The notes below the pieces were generated by a model. That model saw only the letters and a program-made list of their open reading frames with translations, was not told where the DNA came from and ran no database searches. A stretch of 60,489 bases of DNA, filler included. It is 8 parts of 8 records of this genome, joined end to end, with 100 filler letters (N's around TTAATTAATTAA, not from the genome) between each part and the next. Parts side by side here need not be neighbours in the genome. Positions count along the whole stretch, not along the records: positions 1 to 6,882 come from SRR31147125_133466; positions 6,983 to 12,022 come from SRR31147125_133614; 6 more parts are not named here. One strand, 5' to 3'. Below, piece by piece: positions 1-10,363 of the stretch; position 1 is the stretch's first letter, and each line of letters opens with the position of its first letter. A program made the position numbers and the translations under genes.

Positions 1-556
1 TTTTAGTATCAATAAACATTTCTGTATCAGGACCACAAGGACCGGTTTGACCAGCAGGACCCCACCAGTTGTGCTTTTTGTTTAGAAAGAAGATATGATC
101 CTCAGGTACACCAAGGCTCATCCAAATATCAGCAGATTCAGTATCCTTAGGCGCATTTTCATCGCCTTCAAAACATGTAAAATACAAGTCTTCCAAAGGA
201 AGCCCCAAATATTCTTCGCTGGTTAAAAACTCGAAGCTATAAGCAATAGCATCTTTTTTAAAATAATCTCCAAGAGACCAGTTACCTAGCATCTCGAAAA
301 ATGTACAGTGAGAAGAATCGCCAACATCATCTATATCACCAGTTCTAATACATTTTTGAACATCAACAAGCCTTGTGCCTTCTGGGTGTTTTTCTCCTAA
401 AAGATAAGGTACAAGAGGATGCATACCTGCTGTTGTAAATAAAACAGTAGGATCGTTTTCTGGAATAAGTGATGCAGATGGTATAACTGCATGTCCTTTT
501 TGTTTAAAAAAATCAAGATACATAGAACGAAGCATGTCGCTAGTTACTTTTTTCAT
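1..556 (-). CDS. alaS: Alanine--tRNA ligase, N-terminal part (runs off the window edge; absent from the ORF track)
   Basis: Manual translation from the ATG at 556 gives [54 protein letters not shown]...[13 protein letters not shown]...[18 protein letters not shown]...[17 protein letters not shown], which contains the AlaRS motifs. GGGAG RBS upstream. Confidence 0.96.
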   Translation of the reverse strand, partial: MKKVTSDMLRSMYLDFFKQKGHAVIPSASLIPENDPTVLFTTAGMHPLVPYLLGEKHPEGTRLVDVQKCIRTGDIDDVGDSSHCTFFEMLGNWSLGDYFKKDAIAYSFEFLTSEEYLGLPLEDLYFTCFEGDENAPKDTESADIWMSLGVPEDHIFFLNKKHNWWGPAGQTGPCGPDTEMFIDTK

Positions 557-679
557 AATAGTATATTTTCACTCCCAAATATAAAAAATAATTAAAAACT
601 ATTAACTAATCAAAGATTAGTATTTTTATAGCCAAATAACCCTTGTATTCAGCTTTATTTACTTTTAAGCGTAACAAAA

Positions 680-709
680 ATTATACAATAATATAAGCTT
701 TAGTGTCAA
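680..709 (-). promoter_or_regulatory. Sigma70/sigmaA promoter of alaS
   Basis: The minus strand reads TTGACA-N18-TATAAT (consensus hexamers), about 120 nt upstream of the alaS ATG. Confidence 0.7.
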
Positions 710-841
710 ATAATTAAGCTTTATTTAATAAATAAATAATAATATGTGCTGATACTCCATTATTATAATGTAACATTTGCAAGAAATTTATTTAAAAAAC
801 AAAGTATATCAGTTTGTTTACAAAAAATAAATTAGCTGAGG

Positions 842-870
842 TTGTAAGAAAAGTTATATAATGATATTAT
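842..870 (+). promoter_or_regulatory. Putative sigmaA promoter of the Lrp-aminotransferase operon
   Basis: TTGTAA-N17-TATTAT with a TGn extension. The AT-rich context makes chance matches possible. Confidence 0.45.
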
Positions 871-906
871 AAATAACAATATAATTTTTGAAAGGGTTTT
901 ATCTTT

Positions 907-1398
907 ATGAAAAGCTATAAAAAAGAGATTTTAGATATTTTGCATGATAACGCGAAAATTAGTCCACAAGAGATAGCCACAATGCTCAATATTGAAGCGA
1001 GTTTGGTTTCTGACCTTATAAAAGAGATGGAAGAAAATAAAATAATCTTAAGATATAAGACCCTTATTAACAGTGAAAAAGCATATGGAGATAGTGCTGA
1101 AGGGCTTATTGAAGTTAAGGTTGAACCACAAAGAGAACGTGGTTATGACGAGATTGCTAAAAGAATATACAGATTTTCAGAAGTTAAAGCAGTATACCTA
1201 ATGAGTGGTGCATATGATCTTTCTGTACACGTCGAAGCCGCCACAATGAAGCAAATAAGTGAATTTGTTTTTGAGAAACTTGCGGTTATGGATGGAATAA
1301 GAAGTACAGCTACATATTTCATTATGAGAAAATACAAAGAGCATGGTGTTATATTTGTAGACGAAGAAAAACAAGAAAGATTGGTGATTACCCCGTGA
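907..1398 (+). CDS. Lrp/AsnC family transcriptional regulator (YugG/AlaR-like)
   Basis: N-terminal HTH (ILDILHDNAKISPQEIATML) and C-terminal RAM domain (VYLMSGAYDL). Its stop overlaps the next start (GTGA). Confidence 0.92.
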   Translation: MKSYKKEILDILHDNAKISPQEIATMLNIEASLVSDLIKEMEENKIILRYKTLINSEKAYGDSAEGLIEVKVEPQRERGYDEIAKRIYRFSEVKAVYLMSGAYDLSVHVEAATMKQISEFVFEKLAVMDGIRSTATYFIMRKYKEHGVIFVDEEKQERLVITP

Positions 1399-2576
1399 AT
1401 TATGATAAATATATATCGACGAACGTTAAAGAGATTCCGCCTTCGGGAATTAGGAAGTTTTTTGATATTGCATCTGAGATGGAAGATGTTATATCACTTG
1501 GTGTAGGAGAACCAGATTTTACGACTCCTTGGAATATTTGTGAAACTGCGATTTATGCTATTGAAACTGGAAAAACTCACTATACATCAAACCATGGAAC
1601 GACAGAGTTAAGATGTGAGATAAAAGAATATATGAGTTCAAGATTTGATCTTGAATATGAGATTGATCAGATTATTGCTACAGTTGGAGCAAGTGAGGCG
1701 TTAGACATTGCATTTAGATCTATAATAAACCCAGGAGATGAGGTTTTAGTACCTGCTCCATCTTACGTTTCGTATATGCCTGGGGTTAGGCTTGCTGGCG
1801 GTATAGCTGTCCCTATTTTAACGGTTGCAAAAGATAACTTTAAATATACAAGAGAAGTATTACAAAAAGCTATAACAGAAAAAACAAAAGCTGTTATTTT
1901 GCCTTTTCCAAACAACCCAACAGGGGCTGTTATGAGCAAAGAGGAGCTTGAAACCATATCAGATATTATTATTGATAACGACTTAATTGTAATATCAGAT
2001 GAGATTTATGCTGAACTAACTTATAAAGGCAAGCACGTATCTATCGCTTCTGTTGATGGAATGAAAGAGCGAACCATTGTAGTAAATGGTTTTTCAAAAG
2101 CTTTTGCTATGACAGGCTGGAGGCTAGGGTATGTTTGCGCACCAAAGCCATTGGCTGATGCTATGGTAAAAATACACCAGTTTACAATACTTTGTGCACC
2201 ATCTGCTGCACAGGAGGCTGGTCTTGAGGCTTTAAAAGGTGAAAACAAAAACGGATTTAAACAAGTGAGCCAGATGGTATCCGAGTATAATAGAAGAAGA
2301 AGATATATGCACACAGAGCTTAATCGTCTTGGGCTTGCGTGTTTTGAGCCTCATGGCGCTTTTTATGTTTTCCCTGATATCAGAAAAACAGGGCTTTCTT
2401 CGTATGAATTTTGCGAAAAATTGATAGTAGAAAAACACGTTGCTTGCGTTCCTGGAACAGCTTTTGGAGAAGGCGGCGAGGGTTTTGTTAGATGCTCATA
2501 TGCATCATCTATGGAAAACCTAAGAGAAGCAATAAAAAGAATTGAAGAATTTTTACAACAAAACGGTTGGATGTAA
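1395..2576 (+). CDS. PLP-dependent class I/II aminotransferase (YugH/AlaT-like)
   Basis: SLGVGEPDF, PNNPTG, SDEIY, and GFSKAFAMTGWRLG carrying the PLP Lys. Confidence 0.95.
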   Translation: MNYDKYISTNVKEIPPSGIRKFFDIASEMEDVISLGVGEPDFTTPWNICETAIYAIETGKTHYTSNHGTTELRCEIKEYMSSRFDLEYEIDQIIATVGASEALDIAFRSIINPGDEVLVPAPSYVSYMPGVRLAGGIAVPILTVAKDNFKYTREVLQKAITEKTKAVILPFPNNPTGAVMSKEELETISDIIIDNDLIVISDEIYAELTYKGKHVSIASVDGMKERTIVVNGFSKAFAMTGWRLGYVCAPKPLADAMVKIHQFTILCAPSAAQEAGLEALKGENKNGFKQVSQMVSEYNRRRRYMHTELNRLGLACFEPHGAFYVFPDIRKTGLSSYEFCEKLIVEKHVACVPGTAFGEGGEGFVRCSYASSMENLREAIKRIEEFLQQNGWM

Positions 2577-2594
2577 CATAGTTTTTGTTATAAT
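2567..2594 (+). promoter_or_regulatory. Putative promoter of the xdh operon
   Basis: TTGGAT-N16-TATAAT with an extended -10 (TGnTATAAT). Confidence 0.45.
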
Positions 2595-2715
2595 AGTATT
2601 AAGTAAAAAAATTTGGTTTGAATAGTAGCAAAAAAATAAATGAGGATGCAATTTAGTATTTTGGTGTTTAACAAAAGCACAAAAAAGTATGAAATACCAA
2701 ATGAAAGGAATTGTT

Positions 2716-5013
2716 ATGAGTTATAAAACTGTAGGTAAACCAGAACAAAGAATGGATGCATTTGCTAAAGTTACTGGTAAAGCTAAGTATACAAAAGATT
2801 TTGAAACCAGTGATATGCTTCATGCTAAGCTTTTGCGTGCAAAGATTGCTCATGGTTATGTAAAATCATATGATATTAGCAAAGCTGAAAAATTAGAGGG
2901 TGTTGTAAAAATTCTGCTTCCAAAGGATGTTACAAGAAAATCATTTCCAACAGCAGGTCACCCGCATTCGCTAGACCCACATCATCAAGATATAGCGGAT
3001 AAACAAGTTATTACCGATAAGATAAGGTTTTATGGTGATGAGATTGGTGCGGTTATAGCTAAAGATGCTTTATGTGCACAAATGGCATGCGATTTAATTG
3101 AAGTAGAATATGAAGAGCTACCTTTCTGTTTGGATGCGGAAAAAGCCATGTTGGATGATGCGGAAAAGATACACGATTTTGATAACAACATTTTAGCGCA
3201 TAGCCATATAAAGCATGGAGACATGACAAGCGAACAGGCTTTTGCTGGATGCGAGCATGTGTTTTCTGATGTGTTTGAGGTAAATCCTGTACAACATTGT
3301 CATATAGAAAATATACTTGCTTATGGATATATAGATGCCGAAGATAGGATTACGGTTGTAGCTTCAACACAAATACCACATATAGCAAGAAGAATTATTG
3401 CTCATCATTTAGAAATTCCTTTTTCTAAAGTGCGTGTTATAAAACCATACATTGGCGGTGGATTTGGAAACAAGCAGGATATTGTTGTAGAGCCGATAGT
3501 TGCAGTTTTGACTAAGGCTGTTGGCGGTAGAAAGGTTTGTTTAGAGTTTAGCCGTGAAGAGGTTATGTATGGTTCGAGAACAAGACATGGCATAAAGTTT
3601 TATATAAAAACTGGTTTGGATAAAGACGGAAATATAATTGCAAAACAACTAAAGGCTATAGGTGATAACGGAGCTTATGCTTCGCACGGACATTCTATAG
3701 TTGCAAAATGTGGAACTAATTTTTCGAGAACCTATCCTGCTAAGGAATCTATGGAGTTTGATGGGTACACTGTCCATACAAACAAGGCAACTGCTGGGGC
3801 AATGCGTGCTTATGGTATACCGCAAATTTCTTTTGCAGTGGAATCTCATTTAGATGATATCGCAGAAAAACTTGGTATGGATCCTATTGAATTAAAAGCA
3901 AAAAATGTAATAAAAGAAGGATATGTAGATCCGATATCTGGTATAACGATTAAATCCTGTGCGATTGGGGACTGCGTTAAAAGAGCGAAAGAATATATTG
4001 ATTGGGATAAAAAACGAGAAGCATACAAAAACCAATCTGGCGATATAAGAAGAGGAGTCGGATTTTCTGAGTTTTCGTACGCGACTGGCGTTTGGCCTTT
4101 TGCTATGGAGCTTGCAGGAGCTAGAATTACACTTAACCAAGACGGAACGTGCATGTTAACTGTTGGGGCGACTGATATTGGACAGGGAAGCGACACTGTG
4201 CTTAGTCAGATGGCGGCGGAAGCAATAGGCATACCGTATAATATGATTACAGTAAAGAAAACTACCGATACAGATAGTTCACCATATGATCCTGGTGCAT
4301 ATGCATCAAGGCAAACCTACGTAGCAGGTCAGGCTGTTAAAAAGTGTGGGCAAAGTATAAAAAGTCAGGTTCTTAACAGAGCTGCAGCTAAACTTGAAAT
4401 TGATGAAGAGGCTTTAGACCTTATTGATGCTAAAATAATTGATAAGGAATCGGGTGAAACCAAGTTTACTTTAGCTGAAGTAGCTATTGAGACGTTTTAT
4501 GATAAAGGCACAGCAAGCACAATTTCAGCCGAAGAAAGCGTAAATGTAAAATCTAACGCACTTTCTTTTGGGGTTTGCGTTTGTGATATTGAAGTTGATA
4601 TTAAAACAGGTAAAGTCAAGATTTTTGATATATGCAATGTCCACGATAGCGGTAAAATAATAAACCCAATACTTGCGTCTGGTCAAGTTGAAGGCGGAAT
4701 GAGTATGGGGCTGGGTTATGCACTATCCGAAACCATGATATATCATGAAAAAACAGGAAAGCTTTTAAATGATAATCTTTTAGACTATAAACTTGGAACA
4801 CTTATGGATACTCCAGACTTTAAAGCAATGTTTGAAGAAAGTTATGAGCCTAGCGGTCCTTACGGAAACAAAGCTTTGGGTGAACCTCCCGCAGTTCCCG
4901 CTGCTCCTGCGATAAGAAACGCAATTGCAAACGCAACTGGTGTTAGAGTTAATAAGTTACCTATGAACCCACAGAGTCTTTTTGAAGCATTTAAAGACGC
5001 TGGATTGATATAA
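2716..5013 (+). CDS. xdhA: Xanthine dehydrogenase family molybdenum-binding subunit
   Basis: KVTGKAKY, STQIPH, GGGFGNKQ, AMRAYGIPQ, DIGQGS, GAYASR, GQVEGG, and KALGEPP (catalytic Glu). Start placed at the ATG 2716 after AAAGGA; the ORF track starts at 2689. Confidence 0.92.
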   Translation: MSYKTVGKPEQRMDAFAKVTGKAKYTKDFETSDMLHAKLLRAKIAHGYVKSYDISKAEKLEGVVKILLPKDVTRKSFPTAGHPHSLDPHHQDIADKQVITDKIRFYGDEIGAVIAKDALCAQMACDLIEVEYEELPFCLDAEKAMLDDAEKIHDFDNNILAHSHIKHGDMTSEQAFAGCEHVFSDVFEVNPVQHCHIENILAYGYIDAEDRITVVASTQIPHIARRIIAHHLEIPFSKVRVIKPYIGGGFGNKQDIVVEPIVAVLTKAVGGRKVCLEFSREEVMYGSRTRHGIKFYIKTGLDKDGNIIAKQLKAIGDNGAYASHGHSIVAKCGTNFSRTYPAKESMEFDGYTVHTNKATAGAMRAYGIPQISFAVESHLDDIAEKLGMDPIELKAKNVIKEGYVDPISGITIKSCAIGDCVKRAKEYIDWDKKREAYKNQSGDIRRGVGFSEFSYATGVWPFAMELAGARITLNQDGTCMLTVGATDIGQGSDTVLSQMAAEAIGIPYNMITVKKTTDTDSSPYDPGAYASRQTYVAGQAVKKCGQSIKSQVLNRAAAKLEIDEEALDLIDAKIIDKESGETKFTLAEVAIETFYDKGTASTISAEESVNVKSNALSFGVCVCDIEVDIKTGKVKIFDICNVHDSGKIINPILASGQVEGGMSMGLGYALSETMIYHEKTGKLLNDNLLDYKLGTLMDTPDFKAMFEESYEPSGPYGNKALGEPPAVPAAPAIRNAIANATGVRVNKLPMNPQSLFEAFKDAGLI

Positions 5014-5025
5014 GGGGGCGCAAAT

Positions 5026-5887
5026 ATGTTTGATATTAGTGGATATTTAGAAGCCGAAAGCGTAAACCAAGCTATAGAGTTTTTATGCGAAAACGAGGAT
5101 GCGAAGATAATAGCTGGAGGCTCTGATGTTTTGGTAAGTATCCGTGAAGGATATGGAAGCGGAGCTAAGCTTGTTGGTATTACAAGACTTGGATTAGATA
5201 AAATTTTTATGGATGATAATGGCGATATCCATATTGGTCCAACTTGTACTTTTACTGCTGTTCAAAAAAGCGACATAGTAAAAAACAATATACCGTACCT
5301 TGGTGATGCTGTAGGAACGATTGGAGGACCTCAACTAAGAAACGTTGCAACTATTGGAGGTAACCTTTGTAACGGTGCAACTTCTGCTGATAGTGCTTCG
5401 ATTCTTTTGTGCCTTGAAGCTAAGCTTGTTATAAAAGGTAAAGATGGCGAAAAGATGATGAATGTTCTTGATCTTCATACAGGTCCTGGTAGAGTTGATT
5501 TGAAACATGATGAAATTTTAGTGGATATAATAGTTGAAAAAAATCATACGATGGATATAAAGGAAAGTACCAAAAATTTGCACAAAGAAACGCAATGGAT
5601 ATTGCAACTATTGGGAATTCTGTTATGATTAAATATGAAGAAGGCGTGGTTATTGATGCTAAGATTGCTTGTGGTGTTGCCGCACCTACGCCAATAAGGT
5701 GCTTGGATGCAGAAGAGTATTTAAAAGGCAAAGAGGTCACAAGAGAAAACATCGATGCGGCCGCGGCACTTACTATACAAAACACAAAAGCCAGAGACTC
5801 TTGGCGTGGATCTAAGGCGTTTCGTGAGCATCTTGTTATTGAGCTTACAAAAGAAGCCTGTTAGAGCTTTGTGGTTTAAAGGCGTAA
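5026..5887 (+). CDS. xdhB: Xanthine dehydrogenase FAD-binding subunit (split by homopolymer frameshift(s), likely sequencing error)
   Basis: IAGGSD and QLRNVATIGGNLCNG motifs. Adding one A to the A7 run at 5537-5543 gives EKKSYDGYKGKYQKFAQRNAMDIAT, joining ORFs 5026-5628 and 5595-5864. A second added A near 5850 would extend the C-terminus to LTKRSLLELCGLKA* at 5887. Confidence 0.88.
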
Positions 5888-6000
5888 GAGTTTAAAGCTA
5901 TTTTTACAATAAGCAATAAAGTACGTTTGAATTTTAAACTTTTTAGCTGGGCTAAGCATAGCTGTTTTTTAGCTTTTTAGGCGAAAGGATGGACATAATT

Positions 6001-6486
6001 ATGAAAAAAAATATATCTTTTGTTTTAAATGGACAAGAAGTGAGTTTAGATGTTGATGTGAGAAAATCTCTTTTAGATTTATTAAGATTAGACTTTGGTT
6101 TAACTGGAGCAAAGGAAGGATGCAGTGTAGGTGAATGTGGTGCTTGTGCTGTACTTATAGATGGCATTGCTGTTGATACTTGTATATACTTGGCAATGTG
6201 GGCAGACGGAAAAGAAATAAGAACGGTAGAAAGCCTAGAAAAGGATGGAAAGCTTAGTCCTATGCAAAAGGCTTTTGTGGAAAAAGGTGCTGTGCAATGT
6301 GGTATTTGTACACCAGGCTTTTTGATGACTGCAACAGAGATGGCAGAGAGTGGTGAAAGTTTTACACACGAAGATATAAAGCTTGCTCTTTCTGGACATT
6401 TATGCAGATGTACTGGATATACAAAGATTGTAGAGGCTACAAAAGAAGGTTTAAAGAATTCTTGTAACTGCAATCATGATATATAA
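6001..6486 (+). CDS. xdhC: Xanthine dehydrogenase 2Fe-2S subunit
   Basis: KEGCSVGECGAC, QCGICTPG and GHLCRCTGY motifs. Confidence 0.93.
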   Translation: MKKNISFVLNGQEVSLDVDVRKSLLDLLRLDFGLTGAKEGCSVGECGACAVLIDGIAVDTCIYLAMWADGKEIRTVESLEKDGKLSPMQKAFVEKGAVQCGICTPGFLMTATEMAESGESFTHEDIKLALSGHLCRCTGYTKIVEATKEGLKNSCNCNHDI

Positions 6487-6507
6487 ATTAATAAGGAGGA
6501 TTTTTAT

Positions 6508-6837
6508 ATGGGTAAATTTGAGGTTTATAAGGACAAAAAAGGCGAATTTAGATTTAAATTGAAAGCAGGAAACGGACAAATTATTGCTCAAAGTGAAGGT
6601 TATTCTTCTAAAGCTGGCTGCGAAAACGGAATTGAATCTGTTAGAAAAAATGCTACTGAAGATAATTTTGAAACTTATGAGGATAAAAGAGGCGAATATA
6701 GATTTAGACTTAAAGCTCGTAACGGAGAAACAATAGCGACTGGCGAAGGTTACAAAGCTAAATCTGGTATTAAAAATGGTATAAAGTCAATCATCAAAAA
6801 TGCTGCTGATTCAAAGATTGTATACTTAGACGACTAA
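6508..6837 (+). CDS. YegP family protein (tandem DUF1508)
   Basis: Two internal repeats, FRFKLKAGNGQIIAQSEGY and YRFRLKARNGETIATGEGY. AAGGAGG RBS. Confidence 0.9.
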   Translation: MGKFEVYKDKKGEFRFKLKAGNGQIIAQSEGYSSKAGCENGIESVRKNATEDNFETYEDKRGEYRFRLKARNGETIATGEGYKAKSGIKNGIKSIIKNAADSKIVYLDD

Positions 6838-6882
6838 AAAATATGAATGTAGTTATTGTACGTGAAGGGAACTTTTTACAAA

Positions 6883-6982
6883 NNNNNNNNNNNNNNNNNN
6901 NNNNNNNNNNNNNNNNNNNNNNNNNNTTAATTAATTAANNNNNNNNNNNNNNNNNNNNNNNNNNNNNNNNNNNNNNNNNNNN
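6883..6982. other. Artificial contig spacer
   Basis: 44 N + TTAATTAATTAA (stop codons in all six frames) + 44 N. Confidence 0.99.
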
Positions 6983-7444
6983 CTTTGTTCTTTCAGCCAT
7001 TGCACCTGAAACGATAGTAGCTGCAGTACCAGCAAAAACACACTGGAAGAGGAAGAAAGTCCAATCAAGAGAAGAACCAGCAGTAAAATCACTTGCGAAC
7101 TTGAAGTCTCCACCAGCAAAGTAATCTGACCCAAGACCGAACATCAGTGAGAAACCAATACCCCACCAGACCAACGAACCGATAGAAAAGTCCATAACAT
7201 TTTTCATTATAATGTTACAAGCATTTTTTGCACGGGTAAAGCCAGCTTCAACCAAAGCAAATCCTGGCTGCATAAAGAAGACCATAAATGCTGCAATTGC
7301 TGTCCAGACAATATCAAGATTATTCTGAACCTCAGCCGCAGTAGGCTCATCCCCAGCAAATGCACTTCCACCAAATGCCAGCATCGCCAGCAGACCCAAA
7401 ACCACATTTTTACCACCAAAAGCTTTTCTGTTTGTTGATGTCAT
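6983..7444 (-). CDS. amt: Ammonium transporter, N-terminal part (truncated at contig end)
   Basis: VFFMQPGFALVEAGFTRAKN and FQCVFAGTAATIVSGAMAER motifs. ATG at 7444 follows AAGGAG; the N-terminus looks like a signal peptide. Confidence 0.93.
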
Positions 7445-7519
7445 TATAATCTCCTTTATAAAGCATACAGAAAGCAAAACCCAAAAACAATCGAAGTAGT
7501 TTTTCAACACTTTCCCTTT

Positions 7520-7535
7520 TGCAACTGGTGTGCCA
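7520..7535 (-). promoter_or_regulatory. Sigma54 (-24/-12) promoter of amt
   Basis: The minus strand reads TGGCAC-ACCAG-TTGCA, an exact consensus match about 75 nt upstream of the amt ATG. Confidence 0.85.
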
Positions 7536-7628
7536 GTTTTTTCTGCACAGCAACACCAAACACACAAAACGTTACTGCAAAAGGATATATAAATTTTAAA
7601 TAAATATGACCGTATTTATTCAATCAAT

Positions 7629-7716
7629 ATTGTATAATTTTTACTACAATTCCGTAACAACACCATCACTTTACCTTACTATTTTGTAAGCCTTCAGTTG
7701 ATTGTATTCACAATCA
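7629..7716. promoter_or_regulatory. Palindromic candidate upstream activator sites for the amt sigma54 promoter
   Basis: ATTGTA-N10-TACAAT (7629-7650), CTTAC-N6-GTAAG (7675-7690) and TGATTGT-N4-ACAATCA (7699-7716). Confidence 0.45.
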
Positions 7717-7801
7717 TTAACACAAAAGAAATATTACCATATCAGTTTTACTAGTCATTTGTATCTCATATAATATAACATCCCTATTCTACATGGGATA
7801 C

Positions 7802-7831
7802 AAAAAAAACTCTACTGCAGAACAGTAGAGT
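7802..7831 (-). terminator. Intrinsic terminator after iorB
   Basis: Stem ACTCTACTG/CAGTAGAGT with a 5-nt loop, followed by a T run on the minus strand. Confidence 0.8.
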
Positions 7832-7897
7832 AAAATTTGATCTTTTAAAACAAACGCCTAAATAACGCCATTTTTGTTGGCTTTTCCAACATTATTG

Positions 7898-8472
7898 TTA
7901 CTTTTCGCGAGATTTCTTAAATACTTCGATATTCAAATCAACAAACTTAGGCTTTACAGATTTTCTTATAGCTTCAAGCCATACTTCCTCAGCAAACTCA
8001 AGACCATTCGAAAGAGCTCCCATTACAGCAACATTTGCAGCCTTAGGGTTACCCGACTCTCTGGCAATACTTACAGCATCAAGCAGCTTGAGGTTAGAAA
8101 AGACCTTCTCTACCCTGTCCTTGCTATCAGCAGGGTATTCAGCCAACCCGAACTTACAGTCACAGGTATAACCTGCTGTGTATTAACTACCGCCAGTCCG
8201 CCCTCTTTCAGATAATGAGCAGCCCGCAGACCTTCAATAAGCTCAAGCGAAGCAAGCGCAACCGCACTTCCTTCTTCGATAAGAGGACTATAAACCTTCT
8301 TACCATATCTTACCTGAGCCATAACAGAGCCACCACGCTGCGCCATACCATGCACTTCATTTGTTTTCACATCATACCCCGCCAGCATTGCAGTCTGTGC
8401 CAGAATTTCACTTGCAAGCAGAATTCCCTGACCTCCAACACCTACAAGTACTACACTTGTTGTATCACTCAT
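7898..8472 (-). CDS. iorB: Indolepyruvate:ferredoxin oxidoreductase beta subunit (one frameshift near 8147, likely sequencing error)
   Basis: GVGGQG and EVHGMAQRGGSV motifs. ORFs 8110-8472 and 7898-8146 join if one base is added to the CCC at 8147-8149; the C-terminal part has GNPKAANVAVMGAL. Confidence 0.9.
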
Positions 8473-8526
8473 TTTATTTTAACTCCAATATTATTTATAT
8501 ATCAAGAAGACTCATCAGCTGAATTT

Positions 8527-10296
8527 CTACAGGTTGACAGCAGAATCACCCTCAAGAGGCTTGATTGCATTTTTCGGACATACCTGCACACAGAGATCAC
8601 ATCCCATACATAGTAGTGGATTGATCTTTGGCTTTTCACCTTCTTTAGCTTCAATCGCTGGACACCCAAGCTTTAGGCAGGCACCGCAATTGACACATTC
8701 ATCCTGATTGATCTGCTGTTTCTTACCTATCAGCTGTTTAGCATATAGAGGGCATACTGCTTTTACCACTAACAGAGAAGACTCAGGAGCGTTGAGTTCC
8801 TCTTTAAGCGCAGCATTCATCTCTTTCATATTATATGGGTTAACCGTACGCACTCGTTTTACCCCACAAGCTTTTGCAATAGCTTCAATTGAGAGCTCTT
8901 CAGTCTCTTCTCCCTCAAGAGTCAGTCCCGTTCCTGGATTTTCCTGATGTCCTGTCATCGCAGTAATTCTGTTATCCACAACGATTACAGTAGAAATACC
9001 TTTATTATAAGCGGTATTTACAATGCCTGTAATTCCAGAATGGAAGAAGGTGGAATCACCAAGAATACCGACACAGTATTTTTTCTCGCCAACCATCTGC
9101 ATACCGTGCGCCATCGGAATTGACCCACCCATACACAAGATAGTGTCAAGACTTGAAAGCGGTGGTAGAGTCCCAAGACTATAACAACCGATATCACCCA
9201 TTACAGCCACATCAAACTTCTTGAGAGCAGCAAATGTTCCACGGTGCGGACACCCCGGACAGAGCACAGGAGGACGTGGAGGAAGTCCGGCACTCTCAGC
9301 AACAGGCGTAGGCACAGCAGATCCAGAGCTTTCAAATTTATTCTTAATATCACGCATCTTACCCGGAGTAAGCTCACCAATACCCGGAACAAAGTCACGC
9401 CCGTGGCACTCTAGTCCCCAAGCTTTGACCTGAGTCTCAATCAACGGATCAAGCTCTTCCACGATAAGCAGCTTATCAACCTTACCGGCAAAATCACGAA
9501 TCATCTTCTCTGGCAACGGATATGACAGCCCGAGCTTGAGCACACTCGCATCGACAAAGACATCTTTCACATACTGATACACAGCACTTGCCACAACAAT
9601 ACCAAGCTTACTGCTATTCATCTCAACAGTGTTTATCGCGCTCTTCTCAGATTCCACAGTCAACCCTGTAAGTCTCTCTTCAACCTTGAGGCGCATCTGC
9701 CTTGCCCATGCCGGAATAGCCACATAACGTGGAGGGTCTTTTTTGAACTCAACCGGAAGAGGCGCATCTTTACGTGGAGCAAGCTCAACAAGCGAGCGTG
9801 AGTGTGAGATACGTGTAAGCGTTCTCAGAATTACCGGAGTCTGAAATCTTTCAGAAAGTTCGAGTCCAATACCGACAAAGTCTTTTGCTTCCTGCGAGTC
9901 AGAAGGCTCAAGCACAGGAATCTTCGCAAATGGCACACAGTTTCTTGTGTCCTGTTCATTCTGAGATGAATGCATCCCCGGGTCATCAGCAACAACAATC
10001 ACCAGACCACCCACAGCTCCGCTCATAGCGAAAGTCATTAATGGGTCAGCAGCAACATTGAGCCCGACATGCTTCATTGTTACAACAGTTCTAGCACCGG
10101 CAAAACTTGCACCGACACCAACCTCCAGCGCAACTTTTTCATTAGGCGCCCACTCACAGTGCAGATCATCCTTATACTGCACAATATTCTCAAGAATCTC
10201 AGTAGACGGAGTCCCAGGGTAACCGGCAGCCAATGTAACCCCTGCCTCCCACGCCCCTCTGGCAATTGCCTGATTTCCAGAAAGTAGCTCTTTCAA
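8527..10296 (-). CDS. iorA: Indolepyruvate:ferredoxin oxidoreductase alpha subunit
   Basis: YPGTPSTE, MKHVGLNVAAD, HSSQNEQD, CPGCPH, the TPP motif GDSTFFH...DN, and a C-terminal 2x[4Fe-4S] domain. Confidence 0.96.
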   Translation of the reverse strand: MKELLSGNQAIARGAWEAGVTLAAGYPGTPSTEILENIVQYKDDLHCEWAPNEKVALEVGVGASFAGARTVVTMKHVGLNVAADPLMTFAMSGAVGGLVIVVADDPGMHSSQNEQDTRNCVPFAKIPVLEPSDSQEAKDFVGIGLELSERFQTPVILRTLTRISHSRSLVELAPRKDAPLPVEFKKDPPRYVAIPAWARQMRLKVEERLTGLTVESEKSAINTVEMNSSKLGIVVASAVYQYVKDVFVDASVLKLGLSYPLPEKMIRDFAGKVDKLLIVEELDPLIETQVKAWGLECHGRDFVPGIGELTPGKMRDIKNKFESSGSAVPTPVAESAGLPPRPPVLCPGCPHRGTFAALKKFDVAVMGDIGCYSLGTLPPLSSLDTILCMGGSIPMAHGMQMVGEKKYCVGILGDSTFFHSGITGIVNTAYNKGISTVIVVDNRITAMTGHQENPGTGLTLEGEETEELSIEAIAKACGVKRVRTVNPYNMKEMNAALKEELNAPESSLLVVKAVCPLYAKQLIGKKQQINQDECVNCGACLKLGCPAIEAKEGEKPKINPLLCMGCDLCVQVCPKNAIKPLEGDSAVNL

Positions 10297-10363
10297 TATT
10301 CTCTCCTTATATAATATAATAATAACTTTTATTCAGCACATATATAAATAAACAACAGAAAAA

